Program-made: the position numbers and the translations under genes | Source: Thermodesulfobacteriota bacterium | GTDB taxonomy: Bacteria > Desulfobacterota_D > UBA1144 > Nemesobacterales > CSP1-2 | NCBI GenBank assembly: GCA_049682815.1 | Contig: JBAUII010000079.1 | Span: 29,864 to 93,863 of the forward strand | Length of the DNA: 64,000 nt | Reading direction: 5' to 3' | The notes under the pieces: generated by a model | Seen by the model: only the letters and a program-made list of their open reading frames with translations | Database searches by the model: none | Told to the model about the DNA's origin: nothing | Shown here: positions 20,075-29,121 of the stretch, piece after piece | How positions within the stretch are numbered: the stretch's first letter is position 1 | Layout of the letters: the number at the start of each line of letters is the position of its first letter

Positions 20075-20827
20075 CTAATCGATGTATTCTAATCTTCCGA
20101 GTATAAAATCATTTAGCAGTTCTATGTCGGTGTTTTGTGCTTCGTTTACGGTACCCTCAAAGATTATCCTTCCGTTGTAGAGGAATGCAATCCTGTCCGA
20201 AATTTCAAGTGCGCTCTTCACATCGTGAGTAATTATAACCCCGGTGATCCCGAATTTCTCCTGCATGTTTCTTATAAGGTGGTTTATTCTGCTGATATTT
20301 GGAGGATCCAGTCCGGTTGTTGGTTCGTCATAGAGTAAGATCTTGGGGTTCATGGCCATTGCCCTTGCGAGCCCCACCCTCTTTTTCATACCACCGCTTA
20401 GATCTGAAGGCAGTTTATCTTCAATTCCGGGAAGTCCCACGAGCTCTAAGTTCGTTGAGATAATTTCGTTGATTTCTTCTTCTGAATGGTTATTACCTTC
20501 CCTCAGGGGATATGCTATGTTTTCGGCGACCGTGAGGGAATCGAAAAGTGCAGCGCCTTGGAAGAGCATACCCATTTTTTTTCTGACGTGGACTAATTCA
20601 CTCTCATCCATTGGGACTATGTTTTCATTTTCTATAATAACTTCTCCTTCATCTGGCTTAATTAGACCAATGATCTCTTTGATCAAAACACTTTTCCCGG
20701 ATCCGCTTCCTCCCAGCACCGTAATGTTTTCTCCCCTCCTTATGGAAAGATTGACGCCAGTGTGTACCTGCTTTGAATCAAATGACTTATGAACGTTTTT
20801 TAGCTCTATTATGTAATTTTTATTCAT
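20075..20827 (-). CDS. ABC transporter ATP-binding protein, MlaF-like
   Basis: Walker A GGSGSGKS, signature LSGGMKKR, Walker B LLYDEPTTGLD, H-loop ITHD. 250 aa with an MlaF-style C-terminus. Confidence 0.8.
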   Translation of the reverse strand: MNKNYIIELKNVHKSFDSKQVHTGVNLSIRRGENITVLGGSGSGKSVLIKEIIGLIKPDEGEVIIENENIVPMDESELVHVRKKMGMLFQGAALFDSLTVAENIAYPLREGNNHSEEEINEIISTNLELVGLPGIEDKLPSDLSGGMKKRVGLARAMAMNPKILLYDEPTTGLDPPNISRINHLIRNMQEKFGITGVIITHDVKSALEISDRIAFLYNGRIIFEGTVNEAQNTDIELLNDFILGRLEYID

Positions 20828-21119
20828 TGCCGAGAAATTAGATGTTTTTAGCTTTTCGTGATATCGGTCCTAGATCTATTCTTGTAATAGTAGATGATTA
20901 TATTGGGATTTTTGTTACCTACATAATAAATAACTTGTATATCGTTGTAAAAGTATGATGAAAACATCGGATTATTTTGACACTCACAAATTTAAGCGTT
21001 AAAATACCATAAGTTGAACAACACATTAAACTATCGAGAAAAAAATCTCTATTAACGATTACGAATTCAAGATTAGTAAGTAATATCATATTATTCAATC
21101 GCTAAAAGGAGGGTATTCG

Positions 21120-21731
21120 ATGCCACATGAGTTACCTCAATTACCATACGGATACGACGCTTTGGAGCCTCACATAGATGCTCGTACAATGGAGATTCAT
21201 CATACAAAGCATCATCAGGGATATGTGAACAACTTAAACGCCGCTGTAGAAAAGCATCCTGAGCTTGATAAAAAAAGTGTTGAAGATTTATTGAAGGATT
21301 TAAATTCTATTCCTGAAGACATACGAACTGCGGTTAGAAACAACGGCGGTGGGCATGCCAATCACTCGATGTTTTGGTCAATAATGAGTCCAGATGGCGG
21401 TGGCGAGCCTGAAGCGGAGTTGGCTGATGCTATAAATTCGTCCTTTGGTGGTTTCTCAGATTTCAAAGACCAATTCTCAAAGGCAGCAGCGGGTAGGTTT
21501 GGAAGTGGATGGGCATGGCTTTGTGTGGATCGAGGCGGGAAACTGACAATAACTTCTACGCCAAATCAGGATAATCCGGTGTCCGATGGATTAAGGCCAG
21601 TTCTAGGTCTCGATGTTTGGGAACATGCTTATTATCTTAAATATCAAAACAGGAGAGCAGAATATATTTCGGCATGGTGGAGCGTTGTCAATTGGAAACA
21701 GGTGGCAAAGAATTATTCTGCCGTAAAATAG
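21120..21731 (+). CDS. Superoxide dismutase (Fe/Mn family)
   Basis: [25 protein letters not shown]...[25 protein letters not shown]. Confidence 0.92.
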   Translation: MPHELPQLPYGYDALEPHIDARTMEIHHTKHHQGYVNNLNAAVEKHPELDKKSVEDLLKDLNSIPEDIRTAVRNNGGGHANHSMFWSIMSPDGGGEPEAELADAINSSFGGFSDFKDQFSKAAAGRFGSGWAWLCVDRGGKLTITSTPNQDNPVSDGLRPVLGLDVWEHAYYLKYQNRRAEYISAWWSVVNWKQVAKNYSAVK

Positions 21732-22049
21732 GTATTTTGAGTTATACGTCCGATAATCAGCGGTGACCGGAAGGTCTTTGTAATTTGTTGCTTTATGATG
21801 ATTTGTGAGGTGTATAAATCTCACTTACTGCTTGTTAATGGATTTAAGTGAATCTTTTGATCCTGTTACACACAAAATCTTAAGCAAGGGCACTTACGTG
21901 TCAGATTGAGGTTATTTCAAAAAAAGTGCTGGTGTGTTTATCCTGGTTCTGTGTAAGATCCCAATTTAAGGTAGTAATCAGGCTAAGCCGCGATACAAGA
22001 CTTGTTTTAAGTATTTTGTAACCGGAGAAAAGTACAAGGGTGAATTATA

Positions 22050-23231
22050 TTGGGAACTAAAAACTTGGATTCCGACGACGCAATTTCATCAGGCAATGAT
22101 CATTTGGGTTTTACAAATGAATTAGAAGCCTATAGGTCTCCAGATTTCAAAGGGAAGTTAATTGATGTTGACGATTCTGAGTCTGAAATTGAATCCAATG
22201 ACTCCGATTGCTTGGATATCGAGCAGCGCAGTAGGGTTCCGGATGAACACTATAAACTTATGTATTATTATTTCAGGGATATGGCAAATGAACCCCTGTT
22301 AAAACCAAAAGAGGAGATAGAGGTTTCGGCTAAGATAAAAAGATGTGACCAGAAGTCGAGAGAGATAAAGCTGATTGTTAAGAGGCTTCAGAACAAAATC
22401 GAATTAGGGAACAATAAAAGGATTAAGCATCAGAAATTGAGGCGAAGTGAGCTTTCAAGGAAGATCATAATATTAAATGCCCTTGATAAGGCGTATTCTG
22501 AAAAGGCTAGACTTCTTAAATGTAGATTCATCAAATCGAACTTGAGATTAGTTGTGGCAATGGCTAAGAGATATATCAGCGTGGGTCTTCCGATTTCGGA
22601 CCTCATTCAGGAGGGTAATGTCGGGCTGATGAGGGCTGTGGACCGATTCGATCATACCAAAGGGTTTAAGTTTTCGACATATGCTTCGTGGTGGATCCGT
22701 CAAGCTATGTTCAGGTCTTTGCAAGAGCAAACCAGGACAATAAAGGTGCCGGCATATTTGTTGGAGCAAACTAATAAGATATTGAGAATAAGTTCAAATC
22801 TACGTAAGAAATATGGGAGGAGTCCCACTCCCGAAGAAATATCTAATGTCTCAAGGGTTTCTGTAGATGTGATAAAGCGTATTTTAAAATCAACTAATGA
22901 TGCCGTTAGCTTAGATTCACCAATTCTTCGAGGTGAGAAGACAACTCTCCTCGATTTTATTATCGATGAGGCATCTCCTGCCCCTGAATTTATTAGGACA
23001 AAGGTGATGCTTTTTGAAAGGATAAGGCAAGCCTTAACATTACTTACTCCTAGAGAGGAAGAGATACTCAGGCTGAGATTCGGAATAGACCAAAATACAA
23101 CTTACACGCTGGATGAAATTGGAAAGATATTTAATCTTACGCGTGAACGAATTAGGCAGATCGAAAAGGCGGCACTGGCAAAACTATCCGACTCAGACAT
23201 GGGGGATGTACTTAGAAGTTTTATGAATTAA
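22050..23231 (+). CDS. RNA polymerase sigma factor, sigma-70 family (RpoD/RpoS-type, regions 1.2-4)
   Basis: [35 protein letters not shown] (region 2). [24 protein letters not shown] (region 4.2). Confidence 0.8.
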   Translation: MGTKNLDSDDAISSGNDHLGFTNELEAYRSPDFKGKLIDVDDSESEIESNDSDCLDIEQRSRVPDEHYKLMYYYFRDMANEPLLKPKEEIEVSAKIKRCDQKSREIKLIVKRLQNKIELGNNKRIKHQKLRRSELSRKIIILNALDKAYSEKARLLKCRFIKSNLRLVVAMAKRYISVGLPISDLIQEGNVGLMRAVDRFDHTKGFKFSTYASWWIRQAMFRSLQEQTRTIKVPAYLLEQTNKILRISSNLRKKYGRSPTPEEISNVSRVSVDVIKRILKSTNDAVSLDSPILRGEKTTLLDFIIDEASPAPEFIRTKVMLFERIRQALTLLTPREEEILRLRFGIDQNTTYTLDEIGKIFNLTRERIRQIEKAALAKLSDSDMGDVLRSFMN

Positions 23232-23321
23232 TTTTGTGGATTCGATTTCTAAACCTGAGTCAAGTTTTCACACTAAACTGGATTCCTTCTAAAGGCATAG
23301 TATATTCAGAAAATTTTTTAC

Positions 23322-23393
23322 TGGCGGCGGGAGGAATCGAACCTCCGACAAAGGCCTTATGAGAGCCCTGCTCTACCTCTGAGCTACGCCGCC
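23322..23393 (-). tRNA. tRNA with CAT anticodon (elongator Met, or Ile2 if lysidine-modified)
   Basis: Hand-folded sequence GGCGGCG-TA-GCTC-AGAGGTA-GAGC-A-GGGCT-CTCATAA-GGCCT-TTGTC-GGAGG-TTCGATT-CCTCC-CGCCGCC-A. G1-C72 pair and no GGG/CCC anticodon stem, so not an initiator. Confidence 0.8.
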
Positions 23394-23563
23394 AAGGTGG
23401 ACTACGTTTCAGACCAACATGAGTATTGTCAATAGTTTTTCGATGCAGGGTTTAATTTTTATATGTCGATTTGGTCAGTATATCATGGCGGGTTCAACTT
23501 TCAAGACAAAATTCGGATTTTTGTAACGACTTAGGGGCATTAGAAGCGAAACAACTTTTCCTC

Positions 23564-23592
23564 TTGATGCGCCAGGTAACTTACTTTATAAT
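23564..23592 (+). promoter_or_regulatory. Near-consensus sigma-70 promoter (TTGATG-17 nt-TATAAT)
   Basis: TTGATG at 23564-23569, a 17-nt spacer, TATAAT at 23587-23592. It points into a non-coding region. Confidence 0.5.
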
Positions 23593-23598
23593 TGATTT

Positions 23599-23692
23599 TA
23601 GACTTAACGCTTAAACTTAACGCATTTCATGCGCTATCCTCCTTTAAATTGGGAATGTCTCTAAATCCGGGAGCATTCCCTCTAAAAATTTA
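23599..23692 (+). ncRNA. Candidate small RNA, paralogue A, with AUCCUCCUUUAA anti-SD-like box and terminal hairpin
   Basis: Lies downstream of the promoter above. AAACTTAA box, ATCCTCCTTTAA (23636-23647), hairpin GGGAATGTCTC...GAGCATTCCC (23651-23680), then TCTAAAAATTT. Homologous to 36573-36670. Confidence 0.4.
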
Positions 23693-23717
23693 CAAAATGA
23701 GTTTGCTGAGAATAAAG

Positions 23718-24551
23718 TTACTTTAAACTTAAGTACTTAGAGGGGTTTAGTTTCTTGCCGTTTTTTATTATTTCATAATGCAGGTGTGTCCCAGTGGATC
23801 TTCCAGTGGAGCCTGCGTTACCAATAAGATCGCCACTCTTCACCCTTTGTCCTTCTTTCACATCTACCCTTGTCAAGTGTCCATAAAGTGTCTCGTACCC
23901 ATTTTCATGCTTGATTATTACGGTATTGCCGTAACTATAGTACCAACCTGCTCTTTGGACCAATCCGTCAGCCGTGGCAAATACTGGCTGTCTAGGTTTG
24001 GCTTCGAAGTCTATTCCGGAGTGAAAAGCCGGTCGGGATTTGAACGGATCCTTTCTGTACCCAAACCCCGATCTGATAGCGGTTTGGATCATAGGCCTAC
24101 CCAGGGGATAGCTCTTAATAACATTAAACAACTCATATATATCCTTTTCCATGCTATCAAGATAGGATAATTCCAGTCCGTCGGCCGGAATGTACTCACC
24201 TCCCACGGACAATTCCTTGTTTATGCCTTTTTTGTCAAGTAACTCTTGCATTTCCAAGAGCTTCTTTTCGATTTCTACTAACCTAGATTTCAATACAAGT
24301 TCATCTTTGCTCATTTCGTTTAGGACGTTGGACTGACTCTTCAGTTGGTCGGCCAGTTCTCTTTTCTGATGGGTACTTATTTCAGCTTTCTTGTAAAAAT
24401 TATATGCAATAATGAAAGATAGAAGTGATACCAGCGTGAGTCCAAAAAATGTGATTAGGATTATCTTAATGTGGTAAAGTTTGATGTTAAGGAATTTTGG
24501 TAGTGTGCTTTCAAATTTGAAAAAATGAATTTTATAATTTTCCCGTGTCAT
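23718..24551 (-). CDS. M23 family metallopeptidase (murein DD-endopeptidase-like) with N-terminal TM and coiled coil
   Basis: HSGIDF...HLHYEI LytM/M23 motifs. RBS TAAAGGAGGATGGGTAATG. Confidence 0.85.
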   Translation of the reverse strand: MTRENYKIHFFKFESTLPKFLNIKLYHIKIILITFFGLTLVSLLSFIIAYNFYKKAEISTHQKRELADQLKSQSNVLNEMSKDELVLKSRLVEIEKKLLEMQELLDKKGINKELSVGGEYIPADGLELSYLDSMEKDIYELFNVIKSYPLGRPMIQTAIRSGFGYRKDPFKSRPAFHSGIDFEAKPRQPVFATADGLVQRAGWYYSYGNTVIIKHENGYETLYGHLTRVDVKEGQRVKSGDLIGNAGSTGRSTGTHLHYEIIKNGKKLNPSKYLSLK

Positions 24552-24897
24552 TACCCATCCTCCTTTACAATAAGGTTAATTTATTGACCCATAAAGCGAT
24601 TGATCCTCGGACTGTGCTTGTGATTCTAAAACTTCGGCAAGCAATATAACATATTTTAAAAAAGATTTACAATATCAAATCTAAGAAATTAAAACTTTCC
24701 TCGCGCATAGGTATTTTGCAGGCCATGCATAATGCTTAAAAAAAGAAATTGATTCAAAAAAGGGCCATGCGATGATTCAGACTTCTTTGGAGTTTCTCAT
24801 CTATTACCTTGTGAGGTTTGTTATCGAAAAATTATTCGTATAGAATTGACTCAGGAGCAATTGTGAAAGTCATCTTAAAAATTCTTGAACAGACAAT

Positions 24898-25356
24898 GTG
24901 GGTTTGAAAGTTGATATGGTACTGAAACTCATTATTACTTTCTCATTAGCGATAAAATTTGTCGCCGCCTCAAATGCGGGGGCGCAAATAGTGGTAAGTG
25001 ATGCCTGGATAAGAGAATTACCCCCTGGCCCGTCGGTTACCGCGGGATACATGGTCATTGAAAATCTTGGAAACAATGACGACAAGCTCACAGGGATTAA
25101 TGCTAGCTTCGCGGGGCACGCAGGGATTCATACAACCCAGATCGACAATAATGGAATTGCGCGAACGAATATGATACAGGAACTTGTAATACCAGCAGGC
25201 AAAAAAGTAGTATTGGAACCGGGTGCAACGCATATAATGCTCACTGGCATAACTGAACCAATTAAAAAGGATGACACCATAAAGCTGGAGTTAATGTTTG
25301 AAAGAGCAGGTAGAAAAGAGATTTATGTGAAGGTTAAGGATTTAAGTGGTAATTAG
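24898..25356 (+). CDS. Periplasmic copper chaperone PCu(A)C (DUF461)
   Basis: Signal peptide, then AWIRELPPGPSVTAGYMVIEN...HAGIHT...LEPGATHIMLTGI...FERAG pattern. An alternative ATG lies at 24916. Confidence 0.7.
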   Translation: MGLKVDMVLKLIITFSLAIKFVAASNAGAQIVVSDAWIRELPPGPSVTAGYMVIENLGNNDDKLTGINASFAGHAGIHTTQIDNNGIARTNMIQELVIPAGKKVVLEPGATHIMLTGITEPIKKDDTIKLELMFERAGRKEIYVKVKDLSGN

Positions 25357-25415
25357 CCGATGGGATGTAGATGGTGTTATAATTAGAATCTCAAGTTGCC
25401 TTTTGACCACTACAT

Positions 25416-25465
25416 TGGTGGAGATGAGGGGATTCGAACCCCCGACCTCCGCCTTGCGAAGGCGG
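25416..25465 (-). repeat. att site: displaced 3' 50 nt of tRNA-Ala (direct repeat of 36339-36388)
   Basis: tggtggagatgaggggattcgaacccccgacctccgccttgcgaaggcgg is identical at both positions by direct comparison. The flanking bases differ on both sides. Confidence 0.85.
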
Positions 25466-25487
25466 AAATATTAATCCCTAACTTATT

Positions 25488-26576
25488 CTAACTATTAGCA
25501 ATATTAATAGTGGGTTTATACAGTGTGATTGTATTGTGATTGTTAAAGTTGGGTTCCAGCATTTTTACAGCGTTTTTCTTATGTTCTTGCGAGGGATGAG
25601 TATAGTGTTTCAGCATTCTAATATCTTTATGTCCAGTTATTTCCATTACCGTAATTATATCAACTCCCTTGGTTACCAGATCCGTTATAAAACTATGCCT
25701 TAGATCGTGAGGTCGGTAGTCTTCTAATTCAACTTTATCTAAAACCCTTCTCCAAGCTTTACCTACGGAATCTTTACTACAATAATTAAACACTCTTTCT
25801 TTATCTTTATTTAAGCCACATATAACCTCATGGGCAGTAGAGTTCATGGGTACAGTTCTCTGATTGTAATTCTTAGCATCTCTGATGATCATATGGCCAG
25901 TTTCCAAATCTATATCTGTCCACTTAAGCTTAATCAACTCGCTCACCCTCATTCCTGTATTTCTAGCGACTAAAATAAAGGCCTTAAGCATTATTGGAGC
26001 ATTGTCAGTTATCTTATCAAGCGCATCGTGCGGAATGTATTTTGATTTTCTTTCATATTCCTCTGCGTTCAAAGGCTTTACTTTCTTAACATCAGAAATC
26101 GGGTTATTAGATGACTCCCCCCATCCAATAGCTCGATTAAACATGGAACGAAGTACGTTAAGTTCTCGGTTGATAGTTGATGGTTTAACTCCTTCTTGTT
26201 TTCTTAGAGATTTATATTTTTCAATTTGCCAGGAAGTAATTTGGCTTATGTTCGTATTACCTACAAATTCAAAAAACTTTCTTGTTACATGAGCTTCTCT
26301 TTTATAGCCTTTCTGATTCTCTGTAATCCAATTTAGGTACTTATCTATCAAGTTTTTAAGAGGAATATTCTTCTCGGTTCTCTGCAGTTTATATCTTCCC
26401 TGCACTACCTCACCCATTCTTGCTTTTAGGGCTTGTTCGGCTTGCCCTCTTGTAAATATTCCAACATGTCCTATTCGTTCTTTTATCTGCCTTTTATTGT
26501 TGTAGTATGCGATCCACCAACTATTACCATGTTTGAAGATGCTTCCCATACCTCTTGCTCTTTGTTTACGTGCCAT
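25488..26576 (-). CDS. int: Tyrosine recombinase / phage-type integrase
   Basis: SAM-like N-domain. Catalytic residues in ARNTGMRVSEL (R), HDLRHSF (HxxR) and LKHYTH (Y). Confidence 0.9.
   Translation of the reverse strand: MARKQRARGMGSIFKHGNSWWIAYYNNKRQIKERIGHVGIFTRGQAEQALKARMGEVVQGRYKLQRTEKNIPLKNLIDKYLNWITENQKGYKREAHVTRKFFEFVGNTNISQITSWQIEKYKSLRKQEGVKPSTINRELNVLRSMFNRAIGWGESSNNPISDVKKVKPLNAEEYERKSKYIPHDALDKITDNAPIMLKAFILVARNTGMRVSELIKLKWTDIDLETGHMIIRDAKNYNQRTVPMNSTAHEVICGLNKDKERVFNYCSKDSVGKAWRRVLDKVELEDYRPHDLRHSFITDLVTKGVDIITVMEITGHKDIRMLKHYTHPSQEHKKNAVKMLEPNFNNHNTITLYKPTINIANS
25524..25543 (+). repeat. TGTGATTGTATTGTGATTGT: candidate arm-type recombinase site (left)
   Basis: 18/20 identical, and in direct orientation, to 36193-36212 near the other end of the element. 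The internal unit TGTGATT is repeated twice. It lies inside the int 3' coding end. Confidence 0.35.
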
Positions 26577-26577
26577 T

Positions 26578-26754
26578 TTATTTTACCCCCTTACATTCTC
26601 TTTTTTTTAATAGATCCGCCATTGCTTCACGGACCAACTCCGCCATTGCTCGGCCTTCCTTCTTTGCTACCGCTTTAAGCCTGTCTAATATTTCCTCGTC
26701 TATGTGTAGGTGAAATTGGCCTAATCTTTTTTTTCTCTCTTGACGTTTCTTCAT
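26578..26754 (-). CDS. Ribbon-helix-helix (CopG/Arc-like) protein, 58 aa, immediately upstream of int
   Basis: Below the ORF-track size cut-off; my own translation is MKKRQERKKRLGQFHLHIDEEILDRLKAVAKKEGRAMAELVREAMADLLKKRECKGVK. This is a beta-strand plus two helices RHH pattern. The stop lies 1 nt before the int ATG. Confidence 0.6.
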   Translation of the reverse strand: MKKRQERKKRLGQFHLHIDEEILDRLKAVAKKEGRAMAELVREAMADLLKKRECKGVK

Positions 26755-26814
26755 AATAGATTATTATATACGAAGTAGGTATAATGTCAAATAATAAATC
26801 TATGGAGGTAAATC

Positions 26815-27165
26815 ATGGACAAAAAGACCCAAATAATAACTTTACTAAACGATATAAAACCACCGCTTTTTTTATCACCAATAGACCTTTTCCAACGACT
26901 GGTCATAGACTTATATGTGGAGTTCCGCTACATGTCTGACGATCTCGTAACTGCCGAGGATATGTTTAGAATAGCCTTACCAATTCTAGAGAGTAATATT
27001 ACCGAAGAGGATATTAAGGCATATCAGGAGCTCAAAAAAGACCCCGTAGTATGCCACCTTATGGCTAAATATCCGGTGATTAAAAAAGCTATGAGAAATG
27101 GACGCACATCACAACTCATTTACAACTTCGAGAGAAAAGTTGTTAGAAAGGATGGAGTGAATTGA
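26815..27165 (+). CDS. Hypothetical protein (island)
   Basis: Clean 116-aa ORF with RBS GGAGG at 26802. No motif recognised. Confidence 0.45.
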   Translation: MDKKTQIITLLNDIKPPLFLSPIDLFQRLVIDLYVEFRYMSDDLVTAEDMFRIALPILESNITEEDIKAYQELKKDPVVCHLMAKYPVIKKAMRNGRTSQLIYNFERKVVRKDGVN

Positions 27166-27805
27166 GTATTCGTCCTTGGATAATCAACTTAAAGTAATCA
27201 GATATATTTTGAGCAATTAGAAAAGTACGATCCTGAGAAAGAGTGTCTTTTAATTGTCCAGGCTACCGAGAATACTGATTACCACTTTGCGAAACTATGG
27301 GTTTTCACAAAAAGGGATGGATCAGTTTATAGCATAGAACGTGCCTCCTAAATGTAATGGGATTGCCTATAACAACCTAGATGAAGTAACCTTTCCAGTA
27401 GAAACGTAGATTAATAAAGCTTTACTTACCTTTATTTTAATTTACTATCCTTATTCGATTGCATTCCTATATGGTCGCGTTAGAAAATAAAGAGACAGTA
27501 TGTCCCCCATCATTCTATGCTAGGCTTTCACTGAGATCTTAGTGACGGCATAGGCTAGTCAAAGGGGGTTCATGGGGTTAAGGGGGTTCATATATGTACT
27601 TAACCCTGTTTAAATTCTCAGGGAAAAAATCAGGAAAACAGCAAACAGGGTATATAAGTAACCCTCTTATTCAAAGAAAATGCAGCCACGGCTTGTACAG
27701 AGGCCTTAAAAGGGTATTTATAGACAAGAATTTCTTGCTGGTCTTTGCAAATAAATCTTTCACGGGTCATTCCGCACGATATTCTAATAATGTATACTTT
27801 AATAC

Positions 27806-28096
27806 ATGAAAAGGTTAGCGTTCATTGTTTCATTTTTATTGGTTATGTCAATAGCGGGGGTAGCCAATGCCCAGTACACGATAAATGATGTTTACTGGGA
27901 CAAAGCAAGAGGAGAGTGGATGGTTGATGTTGAACCCTGGCCTCAGCAACCTGTGATAATTGTCCCTAACTACACATACAACGTATTCGTTCCTGCGCCA
28001 CAGTATATACTTCCCGATACTTTTGAAGTGATTATTCAGGAGCCGGTATTTGACGAAAAGCTGCTACGGGGTCTAATGTTGGACTTGCCGTACTGA
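27806..28096 (+). CDS. Hypothetical small secreted protein (island)
   Basis: Signal peptide MKRLAFIVSFLLVMSIAGVANA|QY. 96 aa. Confidence 0.5.
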   Translation: MKRLAFIVSFLLVMSIAGVANAQYTINDVYWDKARGEWMVDVEPWPQQPVIIVPNYTYNVFVPAPQYILPDTFEVIIQEPVFDEKLLRGLMLDLPY

Positions 28097-28145
28097 ATGG
28101 GTGCAAGGTGTTAGTTATTTCTTTGACGTATCGGTAGGTCGCTAG

Positions 28146-28161
28146 GATTTGAGTTGCTTGG
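28146..28161 (+). repeat. 16-nt direct repeat copy 1 (GATTTGAGTTGCTTGG)
   Basis: One of three copies of GATTT(T/G)AGTTGC(T/C)T(G/A)G in the 28100-28580 non-coding region. Confidence 0.5.
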
Positions 28162-28337
28162 CGTAACCAATTGATGTTTTAGGGATAAAGATTTAGTATA
28201 ACTACGTCCCGAGCGTCTCAGGATGCGACAGTGGTTGCTAGTGAATTTTTAGGTATAGATTAAGAGGTTGATAAATGTGTTCCTAGAGGGATTCAATAAG
28301 TTATTTTTTCTCAACCCTTACCTTAGTACCTTTTCTT

Positions 28338-28353
28338 GATTTTAGTTGCTTGG
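28338..28353 (+). repeat. 16-nt direct repeat copy 2 (GATTTTAGTTGCTTGG)
   Basis: See copy 1. Confidence 0.5.
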
Positions 28354-28489
28354 AATCTTTACCAGAGGCCATAGAATCGAAAAATAAGTCAAATTTGATT
28401 TATCCCCTTTGTTCCGATTTCACTACAAAATGTAATGCATATAAAGGAATACCTATATAGGATAAACCTTTACTTCTTTTATCTAGGGT

Positions 28490-28505
28490 GATTTTAGTTG
28501 CCTAG
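28490..28505 (+). repeat. 16-nt direct repeat copy 3 (GATTTTAGTTGCCTAG)
   Basis: See copy 1. Confidence 0.5.
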
Positions 28506-28581
28506 ATAAGGGGTGTAAGGTTGATTATATGCGTTTTCTTTTTCGAGTTCCATAGAAAAAATTGCTTTCCCTTCTCGGATA

Positions 28582-29097
28582 ATGTATTGCCATATACTTA
28601 TGATTGAGAATAACGGATGGCAAGCTAAGCCTAAGAAGAAAAAGGACTCCTACTATAAATCTATGGCTAGAGTCAGAAAGGTAAGGTATAGGCTTTCCAA
28701 AAGTGAAAGGATGGTTTTTGATGTTGAAATTGAACCTGAGTATATCGATTATAGCTTAGAAGATAAGGCGAAGATCAGCGGGTTAAGTTTGAAACGCTAT
28801 AGCGAAGCTTTTAGCAAAATGAACCGGAAACCTACAGTTAAGTTGGCGATTACAATTGGTCTGATCGAGAAAGACTTCACCGGAAATTGGTTTAGAAGGA
28901 TTAATAAATTAATTGCATGGGCTGAAGCTGAGAAGGATTACAAGTATATTTTGATTTTGGAACGAGAAAAGGCTTTGATGCCAAAGCGATTAATAGCCAC
29001 TGGAAGGGTAGCAGGCGAATCTGAGGATGATGGGAAGTCTGAACCTGAATTACCCAAGGATATGCTTCCCGACCTGGAGCGGTGGGGACAACTATAG
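28582..29097 (+). CDS. Hypothetical protein (island cassette gene 1)
   Basis: 171-aa ORF with a basic N-terminus and acidic C-terminus. A possible HTH-like stretch (ISGLSLKRYSEAFSKM) is only a guess. An internal Met (MARVRK) is an alternative start. Confidence 0.45.
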   Translation: MYCHILMIENNGWQAKPKKKKDSYYKSMARVRKVRYRLSKSERMVFDVEIEPEYIDYSLEDKAKISGLSLKRYSEAFSKMNRKPTVKLAITIGLIEKDFTGNWFRRINKLIAWAEAEKDYKYILILEREKALMPKRLIATGRVAGESEDDGKSEPELPKDMLPDLERWGQL

Positions 29098-29121
29098 TAA
29101 GTAAATTTTTAAGGAGATAGT

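Noticed and set aside
27163-27345. Possible stop-codon read-through or continuation of island orf116 into the downstream open frame (…IYFEQLEKYDPEKECLLIVQATENTDYHFAKLWVFTKRDGSVYSIERAS)
   Set aside because: Although in the same frame, three stops (27163, 27181, 27190) intervene, and the downstream frame has no canonical start. It may be a decayed gene fragment.
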